The notes: generated from the letters alone by a model not told the origin. A stretch of DNA of 64,000 nucleotides from Patescibacteria group bacterium (GCA_013387205.1 WARV01000008.1:128136-192135), one strand, 5' to 3'; positions 38,631-47,616 are shown, counted from the stretch's first letter. Translations and numbers: made by a program.

Positions 38631-38721
38631 TTACCTGTCCACGAATTCACTAATTATCACGAATATCACTAATATAGATTTCGTGTAATTAGTGTTTATT
38701 CGTGAATTTAGTGGATAAATA

Positions 38722-39822
38722 ATGCTTCACTTTCTCAACAAATTCAAATACTCTGACATACCTTTGCAAATTAGCGTCCTGCTGCTGACGGTTTCCGGCT
38801 TGGCTATGCTCTACAGCATTTCATTAAGCAATGAAAACTTGGGGGCGTTTTGGAAGCAACTGGTTTTTTTAGGGATTGGGCTTGTCGGGTTTTTCTTTTT
38901 TTCTTTTTTCGATTACCAGACTTTGGCAAAAACCAACCGGGTTTTATACATTATATTTTTGGTCTTTTTAACTTATTTGCTGGTTTTTGGAGGCATTGTC
39001 AGGGGAGGCAGGCGCTGGATAGATTTCGGTTTTTTTGGCTTTCAGCCCGCAGAGTTCGTAAAGATTGTAGTGATTTTAGGGTTAGCCAGGCTGCTTTATT
39101 TAAGGCGCGGGCAGATAAATTCCTGGTCCGTGTTAATTTGGTCTTTTGCTTACGCGCTTGTCCCTACAATTTTAGTCGTTTTGGAACCTGACTTAGGGTC
39201 GTCTTTAATTATCTTAAGCATTTGGGCCGGAATCTTGCTGGTCAGCCCCATAAAGAAAAAATTCCTGGCAATTTTATTTTTGGCGTTTGTCTCCACGTGC
39301 GGCATCACCTGGAAATTTTTCCTGAAAGATTTCCAAAGGGACAGGGTTTTGGTATTTATAAATCCGGAGCTTGACCCCAGGGGTCGGGGATACAACGTCA
39401 AGCAGGCGACCATTGCAGTTGGCGGCGGACAATTAACCGGCAGGGGTTTAGGCAAAGGCGTCCAAAGCCAGCACAAATTTTTGCCCGAGCGGCAGACAGA
39501 CTTTATTTTCGCTGCCAGCAGCGAGGAACTAGGGTTCTTGGGATGTTCGGCCGTGCTGTCCTTATTCCTGTTTTTGTTTATCCGCCTTATTCTTATAGCC
39601 AAAAGGGCAAAAGACGACCTTGGCATGTATATTTCCTGCGGCGTGTTTTTTTTGCTTTTTTCGCACGTCTTGATAAACGTGGGAATGAACATCGGGCTGC
39701 TGCCGGTTACAGGCATACCATTGCCATTTTTTAGCGCCGGGGGAAGCTCGATGATTGTCACTTTTATCGGCTTAGGTATAGTGCAAAATATTGCAGTTCA
39801 ATCGAAAATATTGAGGTTTTAA
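38722..39822 (+). CDS. ftsW: SEDS-family cell-wall polymerase (FtsW/RodA)
   Basis: 10 TM helices, GRGLGKGVQSQHKFLPERQTDFIFA and PLPFFSAGGSSMI motifs. Confidence 0.85.
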   Translation: MLHFLNKFKYSDIPLQISVLLLTVSGLAMLYSISLSNENLGAFWKQLVFLGIGLVGFFFFSFFDYQTLAKTNRVLYIIFLVFLTYLLVFGGIVRGGRRWIDFGFFGFQPAEFVKIVVILGLARLLYLRRGQINSWSVLIWSFAYALVPTILVVLEPDLGSSLIILSIWAGILLVSPIKKKFLAILFLAFVSTCGITWKFFLKDFQRDRVLVFINPELDPRGRGYNVKQATIAVGGGQLTGRGLGKGVQSQHKFLPERQTDFIFAASSEELGFLGCSAVLSLFLFLFIRLILIAKRAKDDLGMYISCGVFFLLFSHVLINVGMNIGLLPVTGIPLPFFSAGGSSMIVTFIGLGIVQNIAVQSKILRF

Positions 39823-39916
39823 CCGTCGAATGTTATAATAAAGGTTACTCGGCTACGTCGCTAATAAATAAGCTGATAATTGAAAAATTGCAATTCTGAT
39901 TATTAATGCGGAAAGG

Positions 39917-40300
39917 ATGGCTATCATGAAAAAATACGATTTCAAAAAAGTTATGGAATGGCTGGGATACATTTTAAAATGCCCGATTTGCGGATACAAA
40001 TACAACATGGACCAAACCCAGGTCATAGACAGCGAACAGGATGACGTGTTCGGCGAAGCGAAAATTTTAATCCATTCCGACTGCAACAAGTGCAAAAGTT
40101 CAGTGATGTTCAATATTGAAATACGCGGCCCGGAAGTGTTCAGCGTCGGCATGGTAACGGATTTGACCGGCAAGGACAGCTCCAAGTTCAAGAACCGCAA
40201 CCCGATATCCGCTAACGAAATTATTGATTTGCACAAAGGCCTAAAAAAGTTTAAGGGAGATTTTGTCAAAGCTCTGACTATAACGAAAAATAAACAGTAA
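39917..40300 (+). CDS. hypothetical zinc-ribbon protein (CxxC...CxxC)
   Basis: CPICGYKYN...CNKCKS; 127 aa. Confidence 0.45.
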   Translation: MAIMKKYDFKKVMEWLGYILKCPICGYKYNMDQTQVIDSEQDDVFGEAKILIHSDCNKCKSSVMFNIEIRGPEVFSVGMVTDLTGKDSSKFKNRNPISANEIIDLHKGLKKFKGDFVKALTITKNKQ

Positions 40301-40306
40301 AAAACT

Positions 40307-40335
40307 GACCCGCGAAAGCTCGCGGGTCTTTTTGT
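40307..40335 (+). terminator. rho-independent terminator
   Basis: gacccgcgaaagctcgcgggtc + tttttg. Confidence 0.75.
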
Positions 40336-40353
40336 TTGGAGGTTTACCACCGG

Positions 40354-40656
40354 TCAAACCTCGATATTGAATTTGCTCTTAAGGATCCTGCGGGCCTTGG
40401 CAGGAATAATGTTTGCATTCTCATGCAGAACCTGAAGTTCGCCGGTTGCTGACCTTTTGACCGAAACCCTATGGATCAGCCTCGGTTTGCCGGTTGCCAC
40501 AACCTTCCGGAGTTTCTTTATCTCCGCTTCCCTTGAGCTGCGCTGAATCTCTTCCCAAGCCGTCTTTCGGAGAGTCGCCCTAACCGAAACAGACCCGGGC
40601 AGCGATTTCAAATATTGTTTCTTGATCAGAACTTGCACCTCCTTTAAGGTTTTCAT
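40354..40656 (-). CDS. hypothetical basic protein (~100 aa)
   Basis: start at MKTLKEV (ATG 40656); the longer track ORF to 40770 reads through a repeat cluster. Confidence 0.4.
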   Translation of the reverse strand: MKTLKEVQVLIKKQYLKSLPGSVSVRATLRKTAWEEIQRSSREAEIKKLRKVVATGKPRLIHRVSVKRSATGELQVLHENANIIPAKARRILKSKFNIEV

Positions 40657-40704
40657 GATAAATTTAGCATAAAAATAACGACAAGCAAAGTGGTGAAGGT
40701 ATCC

Positions 40705-40788
40705 ATTTGTCTTATAAGTCCTATAGGACCTATAGGTCGTATAAGACTGATAGGATAGCGAATGGCTCAACCCACGGTTGAGGTGTTC
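40705..40788. repeat. ATAGGAC/CTTATAAG repeat cluster (locus 3) plus GGCTCAACC-family hairpin
   Basis: cttataagtcctataggacctataggtcgtataagactgataggat ; gaatggctcaacccacggttgaggtgttc. Confidence 0.45.
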
Positions 40789-40931
40789 AGATGCCTATAA
40801 ACATTGGCTTTTCTAATTTACCCATCATCTTGCCAAAAATTGCTGAATCTGTTATAATCTACGCATTGACATTTTAAGACCGTGTGAGTAGGCAAATTTT
40901 GCTCATGGGCATGGTCGAGAGAAAGAATAAT

Positions 40932-41603
40932 ATGGATAAAATCCAGCTTAATGGCGAAAAAAGGGAAGTTAAGAGCAATCTTAACAAATTAAGAAAGAGC
41001 GGCAAGATTCCTGCTGTACTTTACGGCCACAAAGTTTTAAGCACCCCCCTGACGATTGATTTGGGTGTCTTTGAAAAAGTCCTGAGGAAAGCGGGGGAGA
41101 GCACAATTATAGATTTAGTTACAGATGACGGCAAAACCCATCCGGTAATTATTCATGACGTACAAAACCACTTTTTAACTAACCGACCCGTTCACGTTGA
41201 TTTCTACGAAGTCAGCATGACTGAAAAACTCAAAGCAGCCGTTACCTTGGAATTCACCGGCGAAGCCAAAGCAGTCAAAGAGCTTGGCGGTGTCTTGGTC
41301 AGGATTCTTAACGGCGTTGAAGTGGAATGTTTGCCGGCCGATTTACCGCACTCATTCGTAGTGGATATTTCCAAGCTTGCGACTTTCCATGATTCCATCA
41401 CTGTTGCCGACTTAGCTGTTTCGAGCAAAGTCAAAATCTTAACGCCGGCAGAAGAAGTTATCGCCAAAGTGCAGCCTCCCCGCGATATGGAAGCTGAACT
41501 TGCCACACCGGTCGTTGAAGACATATCAGCCGTTGAAGGCGCCGCTGAAACCAAGCCTGAAGAGGCAGGAGCAGCAGAAAAAACAGAAGAAGCCAACAAA
41601 TAA
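40932..41603 (+). CDS. rplY: 50S ribosomal protein L25 / general stress protein Ctc
   Basis: MDKIQLNGEKREVKSNLNKLRKSGKIPAVLYGH... L25 N-domain plus Ctc C-terminal extension with acidic tail. Confidence 0.8.
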   Translation: MDKIQLNGEKREVKSNLNKLRKSGKIPAVLYGHKVLSTPLTIDLGVFEKVLRKAGESTIIDLVTDDGKTHPVIIHDVQNHFLTNRPVHVDFYEVSMTEKLKAAVTLEFTGEAKAVKELGGVLVRILNGVEVECLPADLPHSFVVDISKLATFHDSITVADLAVSSKVKILTPAEEVIAKVQPPRDMEAELATPVVEDISAVEGAAETKPEEAGAAEKTEEANK

Positions 41604-41653
41604 TTTCACTTCCCCCGTCCTGAGCTTGTCGAATGGACGGGGGATTATCATTT

Positions 41654-42559
41654 ATGAAAAGAGGGGAAAAACTCGACAATAAAACATTGCTGATAATAAT
41701 CGGCGCGGTTTTGGCATTTGTTTTGCTGATTCCTGTTATCAACCTGATGTCCGGCAAAAAAGGCGGATCTCTTTTGCGCATGCCCGGCATTTTTACGCAA
41801 ACCATAACGCCCGGTCCGCCCAAAGACAGCCTGGCCGAAGTGCCTTCCGCATATACAAATAACGTGGTGTTGCGTATTCCGATTTTAATGTACCACCATG
41901 TCGGCCCGCTGCCTGGAAAGCCCGACGCTTTGCGAAAAGACTTAACCGTATCTTCGGAAGATTTTGAAATGCAGCTAGCGTGGCTTAAGGCGCAAGGGTA
42001 CGAATCTATCACCCTTTCAGATTTGCAATTGTTTTTCCAAAAAAAATTCAGCATGCCAAGCAAGCCGGTAATTTTCACGTTCGATGACGGATATGACGAT
42101 GTTTTCGCTTATGCACAGCCGCTTTTGAAAAAATACGGGTTTAAGGGAAGCTACGCGATTATTACCCAATTTCCAGGAATTACAATGGGCACGAATACTT
42201 ACGCATCCTGGCACCAAATTAAAGGCGCGGTTAAAGACGGCGCGGAAATTGTTTCGCACACGCAGGACCATTTTGACGGAACCGATAAAAAATACAGCGA
42301 TTCTTTTATCTTGCAAAATTATACGGATTCGATTAAAGATATAAAAAACAACCTCGGTAATAACACGACTGTTTTGATTTACCCGTACGGACATTACAAC
42401 GCCCATTTGATTGACTTAGCAAAAAAGGCAGGTTTCGAAATGGGAGTAACTACAAATTTCGGCAAAAGCGTAGGATTGAACAACCTGATGGAAGTTCCAA
42501 GAGTTAGAGTACACGGCCACGAAACCATGGAAACGTTCCAAAAACTTATAAATGAGTAA
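41654..42559 (+). CDS. polysaccharide deacetylase family protein (NodB homology domain), membrane-anchored
   Basis: N-terminal TM, NodB motifs ILMYHHV, TFDDGYDDV, PYGHYN; alternative start 41633. Confidence 0.75.
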   Translation: MKRGEKLDNKTLLIIIGAVLAFVLLIPVINLMSGKKGGSLLRMPGIFTQTITPGPPKDSLAEVPSAYTNNVVLRIPILMYHHVGPLPGKPDALRKDLTVSSEDFEMQLAWLKAQGYESITLSDLQLFFQKKFSMPSKPVIFTFDDGYDDVFAYAQPLLKKYGFKGSYAIITQFPGITMGTNTYASWHQIKGAVKDGAEIVSHTQDHFDGTDKKYSDSFILQNYTDSIKDIKNNLGNNTTVLIYPYGHYNAHLIDLAKKAGFEMGVTTNFGKSVGLNNLMEVPRVRVHGHETMETFQKLINE

Positions 42560-42640
42560 ATTTTGAAACCCTCTTCTCCTTGCCAGGAGAAGAGTTGGAG
42601 ATGAGGTCGAAACACGGCAACAGACCCAGATATATTTCAC

Positions 42641-42716
42641 AAAGGGCACCCTTTATCAGATAAAGGGTGCCCTTTGTTGTGTCTGGTGAACGGCTCAACC
42701 CACGGTTGAGCCGTTC
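42641..42716. repeat. AAAGGGCAYCC-family hairpin (copy 3) followed by GGCTCAACC-family hairpin
   Basis: aaagggcaccctttatcagataaagggtgcccttt ; gaacggctcaacccacggttgagccgttc. Confidence 0.5.
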
Positions 42717-42774
42717 ATTTACCCGATTTTGTTGATAATTTGTTTGTGTTATAATGCTCGAACAGGAGGCCTTA

Positions 42775-43035
42775 ATGGCAGAGGTAAGGTTTCTTACCGA
42801 CGATCGCGATTACCCGACAAGAAATGAGTTAGTCATTCAAGCCGGCGGGAACGGTGATTGGTACATATCTGTCGTAGACGAAGGAACAAAGGCTGTGACC
42901 GGAGTGAAAATTTGCACCTCTGGAGGAGCATCAATGTCCGTTCCAGGGCTTACTGTAGCCATAGCCAGAGCATTTCAGGCTATTAAAGATGCTGCGGAAG
43001 CCGGGATCGAAGGAGCCACGCATGTTCCTGACTGA
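42775..43035 (+). CDS. hypothetical small protein, GC-richer (~52%)
   Basis: SD caggagg before ATG 42775; 86 aa; no family recognised. Confidence 0.4.
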   Translation: MAEVRFLTDDRDYPTRNELVIQAGGNGDWYISVVDEGTKAVTGVKICTSGGASMSVPGLTVAIARAFQAIKDAAEAGIEGATHVPD

Positions 43036-43072
43036 AGAAGCAACAAAAATAGCGCCGGGAAGTATTCCGGCG

Positions 43073-43996
43073 CTATATCTTTATTTCCGCATATCTCCAC
43101 TTGCCCGCGAAATCTTTGTGGAAATTTATTACTGCATTTGGCAGATTTTTTTTAATTAGATGATTTAATTCCTGCTTTTGTCTTGGATCGAATTCCAAAT
43201 AAACTAATTTTGGCTTGTTTTTTCTCTGCGCGATTTGCTCCAAAAGTTTTCTGATTAACACCAGCCCATTTTCTTTTGCAAAAATGGAATTTTTCGGCTC
43301 AAATTTTAAATTTGCTTTAAGTTTTTTATAATCACTAACTGGAACGTAGGGGAGATTGGCGATTATAATATCAAAATCTCCTTTAACATTTTTCAGTAAA
43401 TCGCTTTTTATGAATTGAATACCACTCACGCCAATTCTCCCATACGCTGGAGTATGGGAGTTTTTGGCTAAAATATTTTTAGCGTTCTCTTTTGCAACCT
43501 TCAAAGCTTTTTCTGATATATCTGATGCAACAATCCGCAATTCGTAATCCGCAATCCGAAATTCTTTCGCCAACGAAACCGCAATGCATCCGCTTCCTGT
43601 CCCAATGTCCAAAATTTTTACAATGTCATTGCGAGGAGCCAGGGCTTTATCTGGCGACGAAGCAATCTTTTCTTGGCTTGGTTTAGATTGCTTCGCTCGG
43701 ATGCACTCGCTCGCAATGACAAGGTCCACCACCATCTCCGTCTCCGGCCTGGGGATTAAAACATCCTTATTCACCTTAAACCTTAAGCCCCTAAAATCCT
43801 TGTATCCCAAAATATACGCAATCGGTTCGCCTTTAAGGCGGCGTTTAATGAATTTTGTTAAATTGTTATATTGTTTTTTTGTTAAATTGTAATCTGGATG
43901 CAAAAAAACAAACTCCTTGGGCTTTTTCAAAACATGCGCCAGCAGGAGTTCAATTTCTATTTTATGGTATTTTTTTAAAGCCACGCTGATTGTCAT
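43073..43996 (-). CDS. prmC: release-factor glutamine methyltransferase (PrmC/HemK) with in-frame repeat-element insertion
   Basis: PRPETEMVV, DIGTGSGCIAVSLA, NLPY(V) motif (ANLPYVPVSD); ~30 extra residues between PETE and DIGTG. Confidence 0.85.
   Translation of the reverse strand: MTISVALKKYHKIEIELLLAHVLKKPKEFVFLHPDYNLTKKQYNNLTKFIKRRLKGEPIAYILGYKDFRGLRFKVNKDVLIPRPETEMVVDLVIASECIRAKQSKPSQEKIASSPDKALAPRNDIVKILDIGTGSGCIAVSLAKEFRIADYELRIVASDISEKALKVAKENAKNILAKNSHTPAYGRIGVSGIQFIKSDLLKNVKGDFDIIIANLPYVPVSDYKKLKANLKFEPKNSIFAKENGLVLIRKLLEQIAQRKNKPKLVYLEFDPRQKQELNHLIKKNLPNAVINFHKDFAGKWRYAEIKI
43625..43720. repeat. GTCATTGCGAG-family repeat, copy 4, with perfect terminal inverted repeats GTCATTGCGAG/CTCGCAATGAC, inserted in-frame in prmC
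   Basis: gtcattgcgaggagccagggctttatctggcgacgaagcaatc...tcggatgcactcgctcgcaatgac; 96 bp = 32 codons (residues ~92-123 of PrmC). Confidence 0.65.
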
Positions 43997-44376
43997 TCTA
44001 AACTTGGGTTATGCGCTTGTTCACGTAAAAACTTTATTCTCGACTTTAGTTCTTTGCTGATATTTTTTCCCTTTATTTCATTTGCCAAATTAATTCCATA
44101 CAATTCCCAAAACCATCTGTAAAAGATTTCTAAATAAGGAGTAGTGTGGCCCCATCTTCCAACTTCAGATGTTTTTTCAAAATTTGCCTGGTTTTCTTTG
44201 AAATACTCCTGGACTATCTCTTTTAAGCGGGCGGATTCTATAACCGAAAGGTTTTCAATGTCAAAATCACTGGCAATCCGCTCTTTTAACGATTCTAAAA
44301 GATAAGGAAAGCTTTTGGCTTTTTCCTTGGCCTGTTCTATAAGCTGGTCAGTTGTTAGATACTCCGGATTTTCCAT
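43993..44376 (-). CDS. hypothetical protein between prfA and prmC
   Basis: ORF in prfA-prmC operon; start taken at ATG 44376 (7 nt after prfA stop). Confidence 0.4.
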   Translation of the reverse strand: MENPEYLTTDQLIEQAKEKAKSFPYLLESLKERIASDFDIENLSVIESARLKEIVQEYFKENQANFEKTSEVGRWGHTTPYLEIFYRWFWELYGINLANEIKGKNISKELKSRIKFLREQAHNPSLE

Positions 44377-44383
44377 ATTTTTG

Positions 44384-45454
44384 TCATTGTTTGATCGCTT
44401 CTTTTTTGGCTTCAAGGTCGGCTTTTTGGAGGGCGGTGATGATGGGGGAGAGTTCGCCTTCCATGATTATGTTTATCTGGTTGAAATTCTGGTTTATGCG
44501 ATGGTCGGTAACGCGGTCCTGCGGGAAGTTGTAAGTGCGGATTTTTTCAGACCTGTCGCCCGTGCCGATTTGCGATTTGGTCAAATCGCGGATTTTTTTG
44601 TTCTCAATTTCTTCAAAATGGGCAGCCACGCGCGCACGGATGACTTCCATGGCTTTTTCCTTGTTCTGGGTAAAGCTGCGCTCGTCCTGGCACTGCGCGG
44701 TAATACCGGTAGGTATATGGACAATACGCACAGCGCTATATGTAGTATTTACGCTCTGCCCGCCATGCCCGGAAGACGTGGTGGCTTCTATTTTCAAGTC
44801 GTTCGGGTTTATTGAAAAATCTTTTTCTTCCAAAATCGGCAGCACAGCCACTGTGATTGTGGAAGTATGCACGCGTCCGCTTTTTTCAGTTTCTGGCACG
44901 CGCTGGACGCGATGCACGCCGGATTCATATTTGAATTTGCCGTAAGGCCCGCTGCCTGCCCCAGCTTTCCCCTTAACTTCACAAATTATTTCCTTAAACC
45001 CGCCGGCTTCCGAGCGGGAATTGGATACAACGTAAACTTTCCACTTGTTTTCTTCGGCAAACTTGGTATAAGCACGGTACATTTCCGCGGCAAACAAAGT
45101 TGATTCGTCCCCGCCGGCCCCGGCGCGGATTTCTAAAATGGCATCTTTGTCGTCATTAGGATCCTTAGGCAGCAAAGCATCCTCGATTTCTGATTTTAGA
45201 TTTATAATCTCAGACTCAAGGCGCTTAATCTCATCCAATGCCATGGATTTTATTTCCGGATCAGCGTCGTCTAAAAGCTTCTCGTTTTCCTGTAATTCCT
45301 TGATTTTAGATTCCAGATTCTTAATCCTATCCACGGTCGGCGCCAGTTCCGACTGCCTTTTGCCGAGCTTGGCCATATCAAAACCGTTGCCATTGCTCAT
45401 CTGCTCGGTAAGCTGGTTGTATTCGTCTAAGATTTTTTGAAATCCTTGTTCCAT
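44384..45454 (-). CDS. prfA: peptide chain release factor 1
   Basis: GGQ motif (SSGHGGQSVNTT), RF1-type PxT tripeptide present as PET (HRVQRVPETE); 356 aa. Confidence 0.9.
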   Translation of the reverse strand: MEQGFQKILDEYNQLTEQMSNGNGFDMAKLGKRQSELAPTVDRIKNLESKIKELQENEKLLDDADPEIKSMALDEIKRLESEIINLKSEIEDALLPKDPNDDKDAILEIRAGAGGDESTLFAAEMYRAYTKFAEENKWKVYVVSNSRSEAGGFKEIICEVKGKAGAGSGPYGKFKYESGVHRVQRVPETEKSGRVHTSTITVAVLPILEEKDFSINPNDLKIEATTSSGHGGQSVNTTYSAVRIVHIPTGITAQCQDERSFTQNKEKAMEVIRARVAAHFEEIENKKIRDLTKSQIGTGDRSEKIRTYNFPQDRVTDHRINQNFNQINIIMEGELSPIITALQKADLEAKKEAIKQ

Positions 45455-45625
45455 ATTTTAATTGACAAAATTTAAAAAATTTAAATAATTGACATAATTA
45501 TTACTGCAGAATATTTTTGTTCATTTTTGTCATTTATGTCAATTTTGTCATTTCCCGTATTTTACCACACTCCCAACACAAAAGCATCCCCAAAAAGAGG
45601 ATGCTGATGTTTGATGATAAAACGT

Positions 45626-45886
45626 CTACTTAGTCGCTCTTGCTTTTCTCGGCTTCTTTGGAGTGGCTTTAGCCTTAAGCTGGGCAGCCAAAGCAGTGCG
45701 CTTCTTGAATTTATCAACGGTACCGGTGGTGTCAATTAACTTCTGCTTGCCGGTATAAAACGGATGGCACTGGCTGCAGATTTCAGTGTGCAATTCCTGC
45801 ATGCTGGAACCGGTAGTAAACTTGCTGCCGCAAGCGCAAGAAACCTTAGCGTCGTTATAATATTTTGGGTGGATATTGTTCTTCAT
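45626..45886 (-). CDS. rpmE: 50S ribosomal protein L31
   Basis: [10 protein letters not shown]...CxC...[13 protein letters not shown] zinc-ribbon L31 plus basic C-terminal tail. Confidence 0.9.
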   Translation of the reverse strand: MKNNIHPKYYNDAKVSCACGSKFTTGSSMQELHTEICSQCHPFYTGKQKLIDTTGTVDKFKKRTALAAQLKAKATPKKPRKARATK

Positions 45887-45904
45887 ATAATAGTAATCCT
45901 AATC

Positions 45905-45985
45905 TGCGAATGGCATCCGAATCAGCGAATGACTATGAATATAATATTCGGGTCATTCGGATATGATTCGGGTCATTCGGATCGG
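45905..45985. repeat. ATTCGGAT/ATCCGAAT repeat cluster
   Basis: gcgaatggcatccgaatcagcgaatgac...attcgggtcattcggatatgattcgggtcattcggat. Confidence 0.45.
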
Positions 45986-46084
45986 TTAAATTGGTTAACT
46001 TATCAGAATTATCTCATATATTATAATCTCTCTTGCCAAAATAGTCAAGGCCTGGTATAATTACAGCAATATTAATCTAACATG

Positions 46085-46205
46085 CTTTGGATGCTTTTCT
46101 GTCCCGGTTTTCCGCCCTGTTGTGGCGGATCGGGATTCCCAAGGCAGAAGTGGCCCGCCTTCGTTCCGATAAAATCGGAACTACGGTGTGGCGAAGAAAG
46201 GGTAA
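46085..46205 (+). promoter_or_regulatory. GC-rich structured 5' leader of rpsB (possible S2 autoregulatory element)
   Basis: ccgccctgttgtggcggatcgggattcccaaggcagaagtggcccgcc...; GC-rich in AT-rich genome directly upstream of rpsB. Confidence 0.3.
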
Positions 46206-46208
46206 ATA

Positions 46209-46937
46209 ATGAAAGAGATAACTCTCTTGGACCTGCTTAAAAGCGGCGCTCACTTTGGACACACCACCTCAAAATGGAACCCCAAAATGAAGCCGTATAT
46301 TTTTACGGTCCGCAACAACATCCATATTTTGGATTTGGAAAAGACTAAAAAGGCCTTGCTTAACGCCGCCAAGTTCGCCCAGGACATAACTTCCAAGGGC
46401 GGTACGGTTTTATTCATTGGCACCAAAAGGCAGTCAAAGGAAATAATCAAGAAAGCAGCCCAGTCCTGCAGCATGCCTTATGTTAATGTCCGCTGGCTGG
46501 GAGGAACTTTTACCAACCACAGGACTATCCAAAGGACCATCCATAAGCTGGAACGCCTGGAAAATTTAAAAGCTACCGGCGAACTGGAAAGCCATTACAC
46601 CAAAAAGGAAAGATTGCTCATTGAGCGTGAAATTGAAAAGATGAAAAAATTGTTCGAAGGCATACAGAACATGAAGCGCTTGCCTGAAGCGATTTTTGTC
46701 ACCGACGTCAAACATGACGACATTGCAGTAAAAGAAGCGCAAAAGAGCAGGGTCAAAGTCATCGGCTTGGCTGATACTAACAGCAACCCGGACGGATTAG
46801 ACTATGCCATTCCTTGCAACGACGACGCGACTAAAGCTATTGAACTTATGTGCACTGTAATTTCCGAAGCCATTAACGAAGGCAGAAAAACCCAGGCAGT
46901 CGTTAAAGAGAGCCTGGTCAAAGAAAATCAAAAATAA
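46209..46937 (+). CDS. rpsB: 30S ribosomal protein S2
   Basis: LLKSGAHFGHTTSKWNPKMKPYIF...; 242 aa. Confidence 0.95.
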   Translation: MKEITLLDLLKSGAHFGHTTSKWNPKMKPYIFTVRNNIHILDLEKTKKALLNAAKFAQDITSKGGTVLFIGTKRQSKEIIKKAAQSCSMPYVNVRWLGGTFTNHRTIQRTIHKLERLENLKATGELESHYTKKERLLIEREIEKMKKLFEGIQNMKRLPEAIFVTDVKHDDIAVKEAQKSRVKVIGLADTNSNPDGLDYAIPCNDDATKAIELMCTVISEAINEGRKTQAVVKESLVKENQK

Positions 46938-46942
46938 GTAAC

Positions 46943-47034
46943 ATAATCCGAATTATCCGAATTCTATACAAATGACCCGAAAAGGGAATTATTTGGAGCA
47001 TTCGGATACTAATTCGGGGCATTAGGATTATAAA
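46943..47034. repeat. ~95-bp palindromic ATCCGAAT/ATTCGGAT element, copy B, ending exactly at tsf start codon
   Basis: ataatccgaattatccgaattctatacaaatgacccgaaaagggaattatttggagcattcggatactaattcggggcattaggattataaa. Confidence 0.6.
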
Positions 47035-47616
47035 ATGGACAATTCATTACTAAAAGAACTCCGCGAAATGACCGGTGCAGGCATGATGGAAATTAAGGAA
47101 GCCTTGGCCGAGACCAACAACGACAAAGAAAAAACCATTGAGCTCTTAAGGAAAAAGGGCGCGCTTAAGCTCGGCAAAAAAGCCGACCGCGTAGCAAAAG
47201 AGGGGATAATTGAAACCTACATACACCCGGGCGGACGCATGGGCGTTTTGCTTGAACTTAACTGCGAAACCGATTTCGTCGCCAGGACAGACGCGTTTAA
47301 ATCTTTGGCTAAGGAAGTCTGCTTGCATGTTGCAGCAGCCAACCCATTGTACGTTTCCGTAAATGACGTGCCTGCCGAAGTCATCGAAAAAGAAAAGGAA
47401 ATTTACAAGGAACAAATGAAAGGCAAGCCCGAAGACGTCATTGCCAAAATTATGGAAGGCAAACTTGCCAAATACTTCGAAGAAGTTTGCCTGCTTGAGC
47501 AGCCGTATGTAAAAAATCCGGATATTAAAATAAAGGATTTAATCGGCGAAGCTGTCGCGAAAATCGGGGAAAACGTGCAAATCCGCCGCTTTACCCGCTA
47601 TGTATTAGGAAGCTAA
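47035..47616 (+). CDS. tsf: elongation factor Ts (short form)
   Basis: UBA-like N-terminus LKELREMTGAGMMEIKEALAETNND, dimerisation domain; 193 aa. Confidence 0.9.
   Translation: MDNSLLKELREMTGAGMMEIKEALAETNNDKEKTIELLRKKGALKLGKKADRVAKEGIIETYIHPGGRMGVLLELNCETDFVARTDAFKSLAKEVCLHVAAANPLYVSVNDVPAEVIEKEKEIYKEQMKGKPEDVIAKIMEGKLAKYFEEVCLLEQPYVKNPDIKIKDLIGEAVAKIGENVQIRRFTRYVLGS

Noticed and set aside
40657-40770. N-terminal extensions of track ORFs 40354..40770, 40884.., 28863.., 27562.., 9087.., 6087..
   Set aside because: The extensions translate repeat clusters (ATAGGAC/CTTATAAG, ATTCGGAT, GTCATTGCGAG elements) or overlap the upstream gene. In-frame internal ATGs give sensible N-termini (MKTLKEV, MDKIQLNG, MNKGLIK, MNLNTIFF, MTKTFII, MDKQTPV).
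45503-45513. Third occurrence of TTGACATAATT as evidence for a mobile promoter cassette
   Set aside because: At this site the flanking genes are on the opposite strand and the motif is embedded in a local AT-rich inverted repeat. The shared 11-mer is essentially consensus -35 plus AT-rich spacer, so chance similarity cannot be excluded.
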